Shown in pieces: positions 39,763-49,121 of a stretch of DNA of 64,000 nt. Position 1 is the stretch's first letter, and each line of letters starts with the position of its first letter. A model generated the notes under the pieces. That model worked only from the letters and a program-made list of their open reading frames with translations. It ran no database searches and had not been told where the DNA came from. Source of the stretch: Longimicrobiales bacterium (lineage in GTDB: Bacteria; Gemmatimonadota; Gemmatimonadetes; Longimicrobiales; Gaopeijiaceae). Location: positions 3,584,001 to 3,648,000 of the forward strand of contig OZ250165.1 in NCBI GenBank assembly GCA_965238005.1, in the 5' to 3' direction. Made by a program: the position numbers and the translations under genes.

Positions 39763-40838
39763 GGTATTCGCGTGTGGTCATCGAGCGCTTCGGCTACGAG
39801 CTGGCGCCGTGCATCGTCACGTCCGACGAGCTGGAGGAGAGGTTGGCCCCAGCCTATCGCCAGCTGCACATCCAGCCAGGCCAGTTGCTCCTCATGACGG
39901 GGATCCAGGAGCGCCGTTATTGGGATCCGGGATACACCGTGACCCAAGGCGCCACGGCCGCCGCCCTGAAGGCGCTCCGCGACTCGCCCATACCGGCCGA
40001 CGCCCTCGACATGCTGATCTACGCCGGCGTGTGCCGGGAGCACTTCGAGCCCGCCACGGCCTGCCACGTCGCCGCCGGCCTGCAGAAGGCCGGCCAACCG
40101 ATCCGGCCGTCGGCCCACGTCTACGACGTGAGCAACGCGTGTCTCGGCGTCCTGAACGGCATTCTCGACATCGCCAACCGCATCGAACTGGGCCAGATCC
40201 GAGCGGGGATGGTGGTGAGCTGCGAGACCGCCCGGGACATCGTCGACACGACCATCGCCCGCCTCAACGGCCGTCCGGACATGGAGCAGTTCAAGACGGC
40301 CATCGCAACGCTCACGGGTGGATCGGCGGCCGTTGCGGTGATCCTGAGCGACGGCTCCTTCGGCGAGTCGGACAGGAGGCGCCTCCGAGGAGCGGTGGTC
40401 GAGACGGCCCCCGAGCACCACATGTTGTGCCGCTGGGGCTTGGAGGCCCACCCCGCGAGCCAGGCGAACGGAGCGGAGCCCAGCCTGCGGGAGTTCGCAA
40501 GCACCGACGCGCCCGCCGTGCTCGAGCACGGCGTAGCCCTGGGCGCCCGGACCTGGGACGAGTTCCTCAAGGAGATGGAGTGGCCCGTCCAGCAGGTCGA
40601 TCGAACCGTCTGCCACCAGGTCGGCTCCGCCCATCGCGACGTGATGCTGCGGACCATGGGCCTTTCCCCGGAGCACGACTTCGTGACCTACGAGTATCTG
40701 GGAAACACCGGGACGGCAGCCCTGCCGGTGGCCGCGGCCCTGGCTCAGGAGCGGGGATTCATAGAGCCCGGACATCGGGTCGGCCTTCTCGGCATCGGCA
40801 GTGGCCTGAACTGCATGATGTTGGGAGTGGATTGGTGA
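39759..40838 (+). CDS. oleA: OleA, thiolase/KAS III-like head-to-head condensing enzyme
   Basis: GTGA overlap with the pfaBC stop; EPATA (Glu base), NACLG, HQVG, GNTG and GIGSGLN. Confidence 0.9.
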   Translation: MRYSRVVIERFGYELAPCIVTSDELEERLAPAYRQLHIQPGQLLLMTGIQERRYWDPGYTVTQGATAAALKALRDSPIPADALDMLIYAGVCREHFEPATACHVAAGLQKAGQPIRPSAHVYDVSNACLGVLNGILDIANRIELGQIRAGMVVSCETARDIVDTTIARLNGRPDMEQFKTAIATLTGGSAAVAVILSDGSFGESDRRRLRGAVVETAPEHHMLCRWGLEAHPASQANGAEPSLREFASTDAPAVLEHGVALGARTWDEFLKEMEWPVQQVDRTVCHQVGSAHRDVMLRTMGLSPEHDFVTYEYLGNTGTAALPVAAALAQERGFIEPGHRVGLLGIGSGLNCMMLGVDW

Positions 40839-41722
40839 GCACCCTCTACCCATTCGCCCCCCACTACCTGCACATCGCCGGAAACCGGCTCCACTACGTC
40901 GACGAAGGCTCGGGCGAAGCCGTGCTCATGCTTCACGGCAATCCGAGCTGGTCGTTCTTCTACAGGGATCTCATCCGGGAGCTCATGGGCGGCCATCGCA
41001 CCGTGGCGCCCGATCACATCGGGTGTGGCCGCTCCGACAAGCCCGATGACGGGAGCTACGAGTATACGTTGGCCTCTCGTGTCTCGGACGTGAGCTCGCT
41101 GGTGGAGGAGCTGGACCTGCGAGACATCACCCTGGTGGTCCACGACTGGGGCGGGATGATCGGGATGGCTTGGGCCGTTCGAAACGTCCAGAGGCTCTCA
41201 CGCCTGGTCGTTATGAACACGGCCGCGTTTCCGCTGCTGGACGACAAGCGCATTCCCGCTGCCCTCTCGCTGGCCCGGACCCCGGGCCTGGGCGCCCTCC
41301 TGGTGCGCGGCGCCAACGCCTTCGCCCGGGGGGCGGTCCGCACCTGCGTGACGCGTGCGCCCATGTCGAAGGAGGTGGCAGCCGGCTACCTCGAGCCGTA
41401 CGACTCCTGGGCTCACCGCATCGCGGTCCATCGCTTCGTGCAGGACATACCGCTTCACGACGGCCACCGTGCCTACCCCATCGTCCGTGAGACTGCGGAC
41501 TCCCTAGACCGGCTCGCCGGAATTCCCATGCTGATCTGCTGGGGCATGAAGGACTTCGTGTTCCACAGCGAATTCCTCGACGAGTGGATTGCTCGCTTCC
41601 CCGCCGCCGAGGTGCATCGCTTCTCGGACTGTGGACACTACGTTCTCGAGGACGCCTCGAAGGAGATCGCACCACTGGTCCGTCACTTCCTCGAGGCGCA
41701 CCCGCACCGCGCGTCCACATGA
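40835..41722 (+). CDS. oleB: OleB, haloalkane-dehalogenase-like beta-lactone decarboxylase
   Basis: GTGA overlap; LHGNPSWSF, HDWGG and CGHYV; lies between oleA and oleC. Confidence 0.88.
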   Translation: MSTLYPFAPHYLHIAGNRLHYVDEGSGEAVLMLHGNPSWSFFYRDLIRELMGGHRTVAPDHIGCGRSDKPDDGSYEYTLASRVSDVSSLVEELDLRDITLVVHDWGGMIGMAWAVRNVQRLSRLVVMNTAAFPLLDDKRIPAALSLARTPGLGALLVRGANAFARGAVRTCVTRAPMSKEVAAGYLEPYDSWAHRIAVHRFVQDIPLHDGHRAYPIVRETADSLDRLAGIPMLICWGMKDFVFHSEFLDEWIARFPAAEVHRFSDCGHYVLEDASKEIAPLVRHFLEAHPHRAST

Positions 41723-43533
41723 GCGACGAGACCTCCCCCACCCCGCACGGCGGCCTGACCGACGATCCCTCTCCGACCAAGCACGGCGGCCTAACCAACG
41801 AGCACGCGCCCGACTCCGTCAGCGGCCCGGCCCACCACGACTCACGTGCCCCGCGCCCGGCCGCAGGCCACGTCAACGTGGCGGCCTACCTACCCGAGAC
41901 GGCCAGCCGGCACCCCCATGCCCTGGCCGTAGCGGTGACCGTGGGGAGGAACCCGGACGGGACGGGGCGCTACACGAAGCTGACGGCGGCCGAGCTCGAC
42001 CGGCGCTCCGACCGGATCGCCCACGCCCTCGTCGGCGCCGGAATCGGCGAAGGCGTGCGCACGGTGCTCATGGTCAAGCCCAGCCTCGAGTTCTTCGCCC
42101 TTACCTTCGCCATGCTGAAGGTCGGCGCCATCCCCGTCATGGTCGATCCCGGAATGGGAACGAAGAATCTGGGACGCTGTCTGGCGGACGCGGAGCCCGA
42201 GGCGTTCATCGGGATCCCGAAGGCCCACGTGGCCCGGATCGTCCTCGGCTGGGCCAAAGAGACCCTGAAGACCAAGGTGACCGTGGGTCGCCGACTGTTC
42301 TGGGGCGGACATTCCCTGGCCGCCCTCGAGGCCCGGGCACCGGAGGAGCCCTATCCGGTGCTGGAGCCAGACCCGGAGCAGACCGCTGCCATCCTGTTCA
42401 CCAGTGGAAGCACGGGGATCCCCAAGGGGGCGGTAACTCCGTTTCGGGTCTTCTCCGCACAGGTCGACGCCCTCCGGGACGTGTACGGGATCGAGCCCGG
42501 TGAGCGGGACCTGGCGACGTTCCCACTTTTCGCTCTCTTCGGTCCTGCGCTGGGAATGGCTTCGGTGGTCCCCGATATGGACGCCAGCCGCCCGGGCACC
42601 GCGGACCCGGAGCTGCTCTTCCAGGCGTTCCGTGACTTCGAATGCACCAACCTCTTCGCCTCTCCGGCGCTCATCGACAAGCTGGGACGGTACTGCGACG
42701 ACCAGGGTCTCGAGCTGACCTCTCTGCGCCGCGCGATCTCGGCGGGGGCTCCGGCGTCGAATCCGGCCCTGGAGACGTTCCAGCGGTGCCTCCCGGCGGG
42801 AGTCGAAGTGCTCACGTCCTACGGTGCCACGGAGTCACTGCCCATCTCGTACCTGGGGAGCGAGACCATCCTCCGGGAGACTCGGCAAATCACGGACCAG
42901 GGCGGAGGCGTCTGTGTCGGGAGACCGATGCCCGGAATGGACGTCCGGATCATCCCTATCCACGACGATCCCGTCGAGCGCTGGTCTGACGATCTTGCTC
43001 TGCCCGTGGGCGAGATCGGCGAGATCGTCGTCCGCGGCCCGGTGGTGACACCGTCGTACTATAACCGGCCGGAGTCTACCAAGCTGGCGAAGATCCCCAC
43101 GCCCGACGAAGGTCTCTGGCACCGCATGGGAGACGTGGGCTACCTCGACCAGAGCGGGCGCCTCTGGATGTGCGGCCGCAAGGGCCACCGCGTCGAGACC
43201 GAAAGGGGTACGCTCTTCACGATCCCGTGCGAGGCCGTCTTCAACACCCATCCCGCGGTTCGCCGGACCGCACTGGTAGGGGTGGAACAGACGGGCAAGA
43301 CGATACCGGTCCTGTGTGTGGAAAGGGAGCCCGGTGCCACCCTCGACGACAGCGTGCTCACCCAGGAGCTCCTCGCCATCGCACAGAAGCATGAGCATAC
43401 GCGGGAGATCGCCACGGTCCTTTACCACCGGTCCCTCCCGGTGGATGTGCGCCACAATGCGAAGATCTTCCGCGAGGAGCTGGCGGCGTGGGCCCAAAAG
43501 AAGCTGGGGTCGGCCCGGGGGAAGCTGACGTGA
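41719..43533 (+). CDS. oleC: OleC, AMP-forming beta-lactone synthetase
   Basis: ATGA overlap; FTSGSTGIPKG, YGATE, HRMGDVG and DVRHNAKIFR. Confidence 0.9.
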   Translation: MSDETSPTPHGGLTDDPSPTKHGGLTNEHAPDSVSGPAHHDSRAPRPAAGHVNVAAYLPETASRHPHALAVAVTVGRNPDGTGRYTKLTAAELDRRSDRIAHALVGAGIGEGVRTVLMVKPSLEFFALTFAMLKVGAIPVMVDPGMGTKNLGRCLADAEPEAFIGIPKAHVARIVLGWAKETLKTKVTVGRRLFWGGHSLAALEARAPEEPYPVLEPDPEQTAAILFTSGSTGIPKGAVTPFRVFSAQVDALRDVYGIEPGERDLATFPLFALFGPALGMASVVPDMDASRPGTADPELLFQAFRDFECTNLFASPALIDKLGRYCDDQGLELTSLRRAISAGAPASNPALETFQRCLPAGVEVLTSYGATESLPISYLGSETILRETRQITDQGGGVCVGRPMPGMDVRIIPIHDDPVERWSDDLALPVGEIGEIVVRGPVVTPSYYNRPESTKLAKIPTPDEGLWHRMGDVGYLDQSGRLWMCGRKGHRVETERGTLFTIPCEAVFNTHPAVRRTALVGVEQTGKTIPVLCVEREPGATLDDSVLTQELLAIAQKHEHTREIATVLYHRSLPVDVRHNAKIFREELAAWAQKKLGSARGKLT

Positions 43534-44549
43534 AGGTGCTCGTCACTGGCGCGGGCGGCTTCCTGGGAGGCGCCATCGCGCGGGCACTGAAGGAGCGGGG
43601 CGACGATGTGCGCGGATTCTCCCGAGGAGATCATCCCGAGCTGGTATCCCAGGGCGTCGAGCAGCACTGCGGTAACGTGGCCGATCCGAAGGCCGTGACG
43701 GAAGCGGTCCGGGGCGTGGACATCGTCTTTCACGCGGCCGCGAAGGTGGCCGCCGGAGGGCGCTACAGAGACTTCTACGGCACGAACGTGAGGGGCACCG
43801 AGAACGTCATCGCCGCCTGCCGCGAATGCAGGGTGGGATCCCTGGTCTACACGTCCACGCCCAGCGTCACCTTCGGGCTAACGGATCTGGAGGGGGTGGA
43901 CGAGTCCATCGGCTACTCGGACCACTTCGAGGCCTTCTACGGTGAGACCAAGGCCAAGGCCGAGCGTCGGGTCCTGGCAGCGGCCTCGGACGGGCTCCGT
44001 ACCGTGGCCCTGAGACCTCACCTGGTATGGGGTCCCGGCGATACGTCCGTCCTGCCTCGTGTCGTGGAGCGCGCTCGGAAAGGCCAGCTCCGTCGCATCG
44101 ACGGTCCTCCGAAGCGCTCGGGCCACACATACATCGACGACGCCGTCCGGGCGCACCTGATCGCCGCCGACCAGCTCATGGCCGGCGGACAGGAGGCCTC
44201 TCGGATCAACGGCCGTCCCTACTTCATCAGCGCAGGGGAGCCGGTCGAGATCTGGACCTTCCTGAACGGGCTGCTGGACGCGGCGGGAGTTCCCCCGGTG
44301 GAGAAGCGCATATCGCTCCGGGCCGCCATGGCCGCCGGATGGGTGTTGGAAAAGCTGCACGCCCTGTCCGGGGGCAAGGGCGACCCCCGGATGAGCCGGT
44401 GGATCATCCGGGAGCTCACCACGTCCCACTGGTTCGACATCAGCGCCGCCCGTAGGGACCTGGGCTACGAGCCACAGGTGTCGATGGAAGAGGGGATGCG
44501 CCGGCTTGCGGCCTGGGTGACAGAACAGGGTGGCGTTCCCGGTGCCTGA
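43530..44549 (+). CDS. oleD: OleD, extended SDR 2-alkyl-3-oxoalkanoate reductase
   Basis: GTGA overlap; TGAGGFLG, TSTPSV, YGETK and LRPHLVWGPGD. Confidence 0.88.
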   Translation: MKVLVTGAGGFLGGAIARALKERGDDVRGFSRGDHPELVSQGVEQHCGNVADPKAVTEAVRGVDIVFHAAAKVAAGGRYRDFYGTNVRGTENVIAACRECRVGSLVYTSTPSVTFGLTDLEGVDESIGYSDHFEAFYGETKAKAERRVLAAASDGLRTVALRPHLVWGPGDTSVLPRVVERARKGQLRRIDGPPKRSGHTYIDDAVRAHLIAADQLMAGGQEASRINGRPYFISAGEPVEIWTFLNGLLDAAGVPPVEKRISLRAAMAAGWVLEKLHALSGGKGDPRMSRWIIRELTTSHWFDISAARRDLGYEPQVSMEEGMRRLAAWVTEQGGVPGA

Positions 44550-45255
44550 GGGCTGGTGGCCGGCCCGGGACTGGACACCGCCCGGCGAGCACTTCATCGA
44601 CGTGTGGCGGCTGGATCTGACCGTCCTGGAAGAAGACTGGGACCTCCTCAGCCCGGACGAATCCGAGCGTGCGAGCTGCATCGTCGTAGAGGAGAAGCGG
44701 GATCAGAAGGCAGCAAGCCGGGCTCACCTGCGGCGCATACTGGCCCGGTACCTCGACGCTGATCCCAGGAGCCTTCGCTTCGAGTACGGAGAGCACGGCA
44801 AGCCGGGCCTTGCCAAGAACCTCAATCCGAGATTCAACCTCTCCCACTCCGAGAAGGTTGGCCTCGTCGGGGTGACGACGGACGTCCGCATCGGCGTCGA
44901 TGTGGAGCAGGCGCGCGAAGGACGGGCCTTCTCGGACCTGGCGCAGCGGTTCTTCTCCGTGGAGGAGAGCGCGGCGCTGGAAGAGCTCACCGAGTCGGAG
45001 CGGCCGGCGGCCTTCTACCGGGCGTGGACCCGCAAGGAAGCCTACCTCAAGGCGTTGGGTACCGGCCTGAGCTTCCCGTCGAGCGCGTTCACGATCGAGT
45101 ACGCGACGGAGGGCCCGGGCCAGCTGGTGGCCACCGAGATGCCCGGGGATGATCCTGCCGTCTGGCGCTTCGCCGACGTGGAACTGGGCTCCAACTTTAC
45201 GGGCGCCATCTGCTTCGAGGGACCGGAGCGTCTCATTCGCTGGTGGGAGGCCTGA
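44530..45255 (+). CDS. Sfp-type 4'-phosphopantetheinyl transferase
   Basis: HGKP, FNLSHS, IGVDVE and WTRKEAYLKA.G. Confidence 0.93.
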   Translation: MAFPVPEGWWPARDWTPPGEHFIDVWRLDLTVLEEDWDLLSPDESERASCIVVEEKRDQKAASRAHLRRILARYLDADPRSLRFEYGEHGKPGLAKNLNPRFNLSHSEKVGLVGVTTDVRIGVDVEQAREGRAFSDLAQRFFSVEESAALEELTESERPAAFYRAWTRKEAYLKALGTGLSFPSSAFTIEYATEGPGQLVATEMPGDDPAVWRFADVELGSNFTGAICFEGPERLIRWWEA

Positions 45256-45358
45256 GCCGGGAAGACGAGTGGTGGCAGGTCTTCCTATTGCTCGCCCTAC
45301 TCCTGCTTGAGCGCCTGAATCGGATCCACCACGCGGCTCTCCGTCCGGGCACGAGGGC

Positions 45359-45790
45359 ATGCTTACCGGCTTGTCCAAGTACGCGGGCGAGGAGGTGCGC
45401 AGACGGGGATCGAGCCCGAAGCTGCAGGTGCTCAATACCGCGCTCATGAGTACACAGTCCGGCATGACGATCGAGGAAGCCCGTGTGGACACCGAGTACT
45501 GGGGGCGACTCGTGGAGTCGGCCGTGGGGGCACATCTGGCCAACGCCGCCGCGGGTGGTATCTGCCAGACGTTCTACTGGCGTGAACGCAACCGCGAGGT
45601 GGATTTCGTGGTGAAGTCCGGTCGGATCGTCACGGCCATCGAGGTCAAGAGTGCCCGGGCGCGCGGCTCCCTGCCCGGAATGGCAGCCTTCGCGAAGGCC
45701 TTCAGACCGGACCTAATGTTACTCGTAGGTGGAGACGGGATCGCCCTCGAGGAGTTCCTTCTCAGACCTGTGGAACACTGGGTAAGATGA
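45359..45790 (+). pseudogene. C-terminal remnant of an AAA ATPase / DUF4143 protein
   Basis: SSPKLQVLNTAL, GRLVESAVG, YWRERNREVDFV and AIEVKS present; the N-terminal P-loop domain is absent. Confidence 0.75.
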
Positions 45791-45892
45791 GCCCCGGAGC
45801 CTCGACTACGGCACCACGCTTCAGCTAGGAGCGGCCGCACCCCGTCACTCGTACGGGCTCCTCCATCCCCCTTCCCTCCGACGTCGAACTGG

Positions 45893-46102
45893 GCCGCGGG
45901 AATGCCGGTGGTTGTAAGCACGCGCGTCACCACGGGCCGGACCCTGCCCCTCTACGCAGGAAAAGGGAGCGGCGTGACCCTAAAAGAGATCGGGTGCATC
46001 TTCGCGGACAATCTGAGTCCCCAGAAGGCCCGGGTGATGCTGTTGGCCGCTCTAGCGGCCCCGCCCCGCGCTGGTGGGATCGAGGCGTACTTCAGCCGAT
46101 GA
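45893..46102 (+). pseudogene. C-terminal remnant of L-asparaginase
   Basis: PVVVSTRV..G and ADNLSPQKARVMLLAAL..IEAYF present; the catalytic N-domain is missing. Confidence 0.78.
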
Positions 46103-46129
46103 GACTTGTCGGTGGGGTGGAGGCTGAGA

Positions 46130-46690
46130 TCACGGCACCCAGGTCGTGAGTTCCGTGGCTGGCCGCCGGGCTTTCCCTTCCGGTTGGCTCTCGGGCTCGC
46201 CGATGTGGACGGTAGCCACGATCCTCTCCCCGTCGGGGAGTCCGACCGCCGCACGAGCGGCGGGGTCGTCCATGACGGCGCCCGTCCTGATATGGGTCCC
46301 CAGCCCCATCGTCTGCGCGACGAGCGACAGATTCTGGATGCCCATGAACGCGGCCGCGTAGTCCTCCTCGCGGATCTCGGGGTTGTCGTGCAGCGTGATG
46401 GCGACCGCGAGCATGGCCGGCAGCGCCTCGTGGGTCTCGGCCACCTTCTCGACGACAGCCTTGGCCGCCTCGGGATCGTCGACCCGTTTGGCCTTCCGGC
46501 ACCCCAGGGCCTCACCATAGGCACGACGTGACCGGGGCCCGAGCACATAGAAACGCCACGGCTCCGTCATGCGGTGGTTCGGGGCCTGACAGGCCGCGCT
46601 GAGCAGCTGCTCGATCTCCTCCTGCGTTACGGGACGGTCGGTGAACGTCTTGATCGAGCGACGAGCGTTGATGGAATCGATGATGTTCAT
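46130..46690 (-). CDS. Nitroreductase-family protein (YdjA-like)
   Basis: INARRSIKTF, APNHRMTEPWRF and QNLSLVA..GLGT. Confidence 0.9.
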   Translation of the reverse strand: MNIIDSINARRSIKTFTDRPVTQEEIEQLLSAACQAPNHRMTEPWRFYVLGPRSRRAYGEALGCRKAKRVDDPEAAKAVVEKVAETHEALPAMLAVAITLHDNPEIREEDYAAAFMGIQNLSLVAQTMGLGTHIRTGAVMDDPAARAAVGLPDGERIVATVHIGEPESQPEGKARRPATELTTWVP

Positions 46691-46771
46691 ACGCCGGAGA
46701 TTAGGGTCTGCGCGTGTCCGAAAGCTGTACAATTTCGGGGATCCCGCCTACCGCGCCAGTGAGGAGGGGAG

Positions 46772-47932
46772 TCAGCTCGCCGAACCGACCTCCTCCGGCG
46801 CCCGCCCGACGATCCGCTCGTACGCATCCGGATCCGTCGCTCCTTCCGTGGCGATCGCGAGGACCCGAGCGTCCACCCCCATCCGGAGGGCCGATCTCAG
46901 CGACGGCGCCGATGCGACCGCCTCCAGGCCCGCCAGGCCGGCCACCCCCGACTCCCCGGCCACGACGGAGGGGTCGCCATCACGGCCCTCGGCCAATCGC
47001 CTCATGAGCGGCTCCACACGCTCCTCTGCCACCGTCATGAAGGCGTCTACACCTGGCTTGAGGATCGTCCACGCCAGGGGCGAGATTTCTCCGCAGGAGA
47101 GACCTCCCATGATCGTGTGGAGCGATCCGGACGCGTGTGACGGCTCGCCCGCGACGGCGCTCTGATAGAGACAGTCGGCCTCCTCGGGCTCGACAACGGT
47201 GAGGATCGGGCGCTCGACGCCATCCAGCTCCCAGAGGTGGCCGCACACGGTTGCGGACAGACCGCCCACCCCGCCCTGGAGGAACATGTGGGTGGGTCGC
47301 TGTCCGTTTGGAATATACCCCAGGATCTCGTCCACCATCACGCTGTAGCCCTGCATGACCCAGCGCGGGACCTCCCCGTACCCTTCGTACGAGGTGTCCG
47401 AGACCACGTGCCACCCGTTGTGCCGAGCATCCTCGTCCGCCCGGACCACCGCCTCGTCGTAGGTCCCCTGCACCCGGACGGTCCGGGCGCCGAAGGCCGC
47501 GATCTCATCCACTCGCCGCTCGGTCACGTGCTCCGGCAGATAGATAACGCACTGGCAGCCGTGGTTCCTGGCGCCCCACGCGACAGAGCGCCCATGGTTC
47601 CCGTCGGTCGCGGACGTAACGGTGACCGTATGGCTGAGTGCGTGATGGTCATCGCCGAGCTCACGCTCGAGCACCCGCAACACGCCGTACGCACCACCCA
47701 GCGCCTTGAAGCTCGCGAGGCCGAAGCGGGTCGACTCGTCCTTGAGCCAGAGCTCGCCCACTCCCAGGTCATGGGCCAGAGCAGGGAGGGAATGGAGCGG
47801 AGTCGGGTGATAGTCCGGCCAACCCCGGATCTCCCTCGCGGCGCGCCCGTACTCGGCGAGGCTGATGACCGCCCGCTCCGAGTTCCCGTAGGGGCGCACT
47901 CGGTCCAGGTTCGGATTGAGAAGGAAGGACAT
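46772..47932 (-). CDS. Diaminopropionate ammonia-lyase (PLP fold II)
   Basis: YHPTPL, KDES.RFGLASFKALGG, ATDGNHG, VVSDTSY, QGGVGG, TIMGGLSCGE and GESG. Confidence 0.9.
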   Translation of the reverse strand: MSFLLNPNLDRVRPYGNSERAVISLAEYGRAAREIRGWPDYHPTPLHSLPALAHDLGVGELWLKDESTRFGLASFKALGGAYGVLRVLERELGDDHHALSHTVTVTSATDGNHGRSVAWGARNHGCQCVIYLPEHVTERRVDEIAAFGARTVRVQGTYDEAVVRADEDARHNGWHVVSDTSYEGYGEVPRWVMQGYSVMVDEILGYIPNGQRPTHMFLQGGVGGLSATVCGHLWELDGVERPILTVVEPEEADCLYQSAVAGEPSHASGSLHTIMGGLSCGEISPLAWTILKPGVDAFMTVAEERVEPLMRRLAEGRDGDPSVVAGESGVAGLAGLEAVASAPSLRSALRMGVDARVLAIATEGATDPDAYERIVGRAPEEVGSAS

Positions 47933-48104
47933 GCTCAGGCCGCCGGGATCGCCGCCGGCCGTCCCGAATGCACCCGCTCTGCGTAGAGAGACGCCGAAAG
48001 ATCGCCCACCTGCCAGGGCCCCCAAAGGAGGCCAAACCCGATCTTCGCTTGTGTCTTCAACAGGATGGCTCCTGGTGCGTCCCGAAGAGGCGACGCCGGC
48101 TCGG

Positions 48105-48563
48105 TCACTCGTCGTGACGCGACTCTTGGCCGCCCGGGGGCTTCCTCGGCTGGTACACGATCTGCTGCAGCATGCCGGCCCGGCGGGGAAGCTCCATCTC
48201 CCCCGCCGGCATGGCGTTGGCGCTCAGGATGTAAGCCAGGACGTCCGCACTCTGCTGGCTGTTCAAGCTGCCGGGGTTGTCCATCGGCATGGAGATGCGT
48301 ATCCGGCGGGCCAGCTCGCTGAGTGGAACACCGTTCCAGTTCGAGCCGAACCGCCCACCCCTCAGCGGAGGCGCCAAGGCGATGCCCTCGAGCTCCCAGC
48401 CATGGCACACCGAGCATGCCGGACCATAGATTTCGGCACCCCGCTCCGCCTGCTCCATGGTGTAGACCCCGTCCCACACCGACTGCTGTGCGTCGAGCGG
48501 TGCGTGAGCCCCGCCGACAAACACCAGGCCGAAGACCATCGCAGCCATCACTTCCGCCTTCAT
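48105..48563 (-). CDS. Periplasmic monoheme cytochrome c
   Basis: Signal peptide, SVWDGVYT..QAERG, CSVCH and axial MP. Confidence 0.9.
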   Translation of the reverse strand: MKAEVMAAMVFGLVFVGGAHAPLDAQQSVWDGVYTMEQAERGAEIYGPACSVCHGWELEGIALAPPLRGGRFGSNWNGVPLSELARRIRISMPMDNPGSLNSQQSADVLAYILSANAMPAGEMELPRRAGMLQQIVYQPRKPPGGQESRHDE

Positions 48564-48611
48564 GGGCCCTCACAGGGCCAAGTACGCCGCGCGCACGGTG
48601 GGACGGGCGTC

Positions 48612-48701
48612 ACTTCGGGCCCCCTAACTTCGGCCCCCCTAACTTCGGGCCCCCTAACTTCGGGCCCCCTAGCTTCGGGCCCCCTAACTTCGGGCCCCCT
48701 A
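48612..48701. repeat. 15-bp tandem repeat x6 (ACTTCGGGCCCCCTA)
   Basis: Six contiguous units; two carry a single substitution; no spacers. Confidence 0.95.
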
Positions 48702-48892
48702 GCCTTCATCGGGCAGCGTGTACGCGATGGACTCGCTCGTGTAGTCGCCACCGCTGACGGCGATGACGATGTACTGCTTTCCGTCCACCATGTACGTCAT
48801 GGGCGACCCACTCACCTGGGCCGGTATCCACACTTCGCCCACCTGCTCGCCTGAGCCCCGGGGCGCCATGATGCGGGCGTACGACAAGATGA
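48699..48892 (-). pseudogene. C-terminal remnant of a PQQ-dependent dehydrogenase
   Basis: GEQVGEVWIPAQVSGSPMTYMVDGKQYIVIAVSGG..AYTLP; the preceding RGAMMRAYDK block lies inverted on the + strand. Confidence 0.8.
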
Positions 48893-49121
48893 TCGTTAGC
48901 TCCTGGCCGAAAAGAAGAGGGACAATCTATTCGGCACGCACAGGACCGCCAGCCCGGCTTCGATCCTTGGAGCCACGGGGCTCCTGGCCGCCTACTTGCC
49001 GGCGGCGCGCGCCACAAGGGTGGATCCGGTGGAATCGTTACGGGCCGACTGATCCCCAGCCGGAAAACCTTCGCAGGGTCGCACCCGTGCACGGAGCTGG
49101 CGGATCTCCTATCGTGCCGGA

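Noticed and set aside
39594..41722. Long N-terminal extensions on OleA (from 39594) and OleB (637-aa ORF from 39809)
   Set aside because: The extensions are Arg/Pro-rich shadow frames overlapping upstream genes; GTGA-coupled starts at 39759 and 40835 give normal-sized proteins.
48612..48701. CRISPR array
   Set aside because: Units are 15 bp, contiguous, have no spacers, and no cas genes are present; this is a VNTR.
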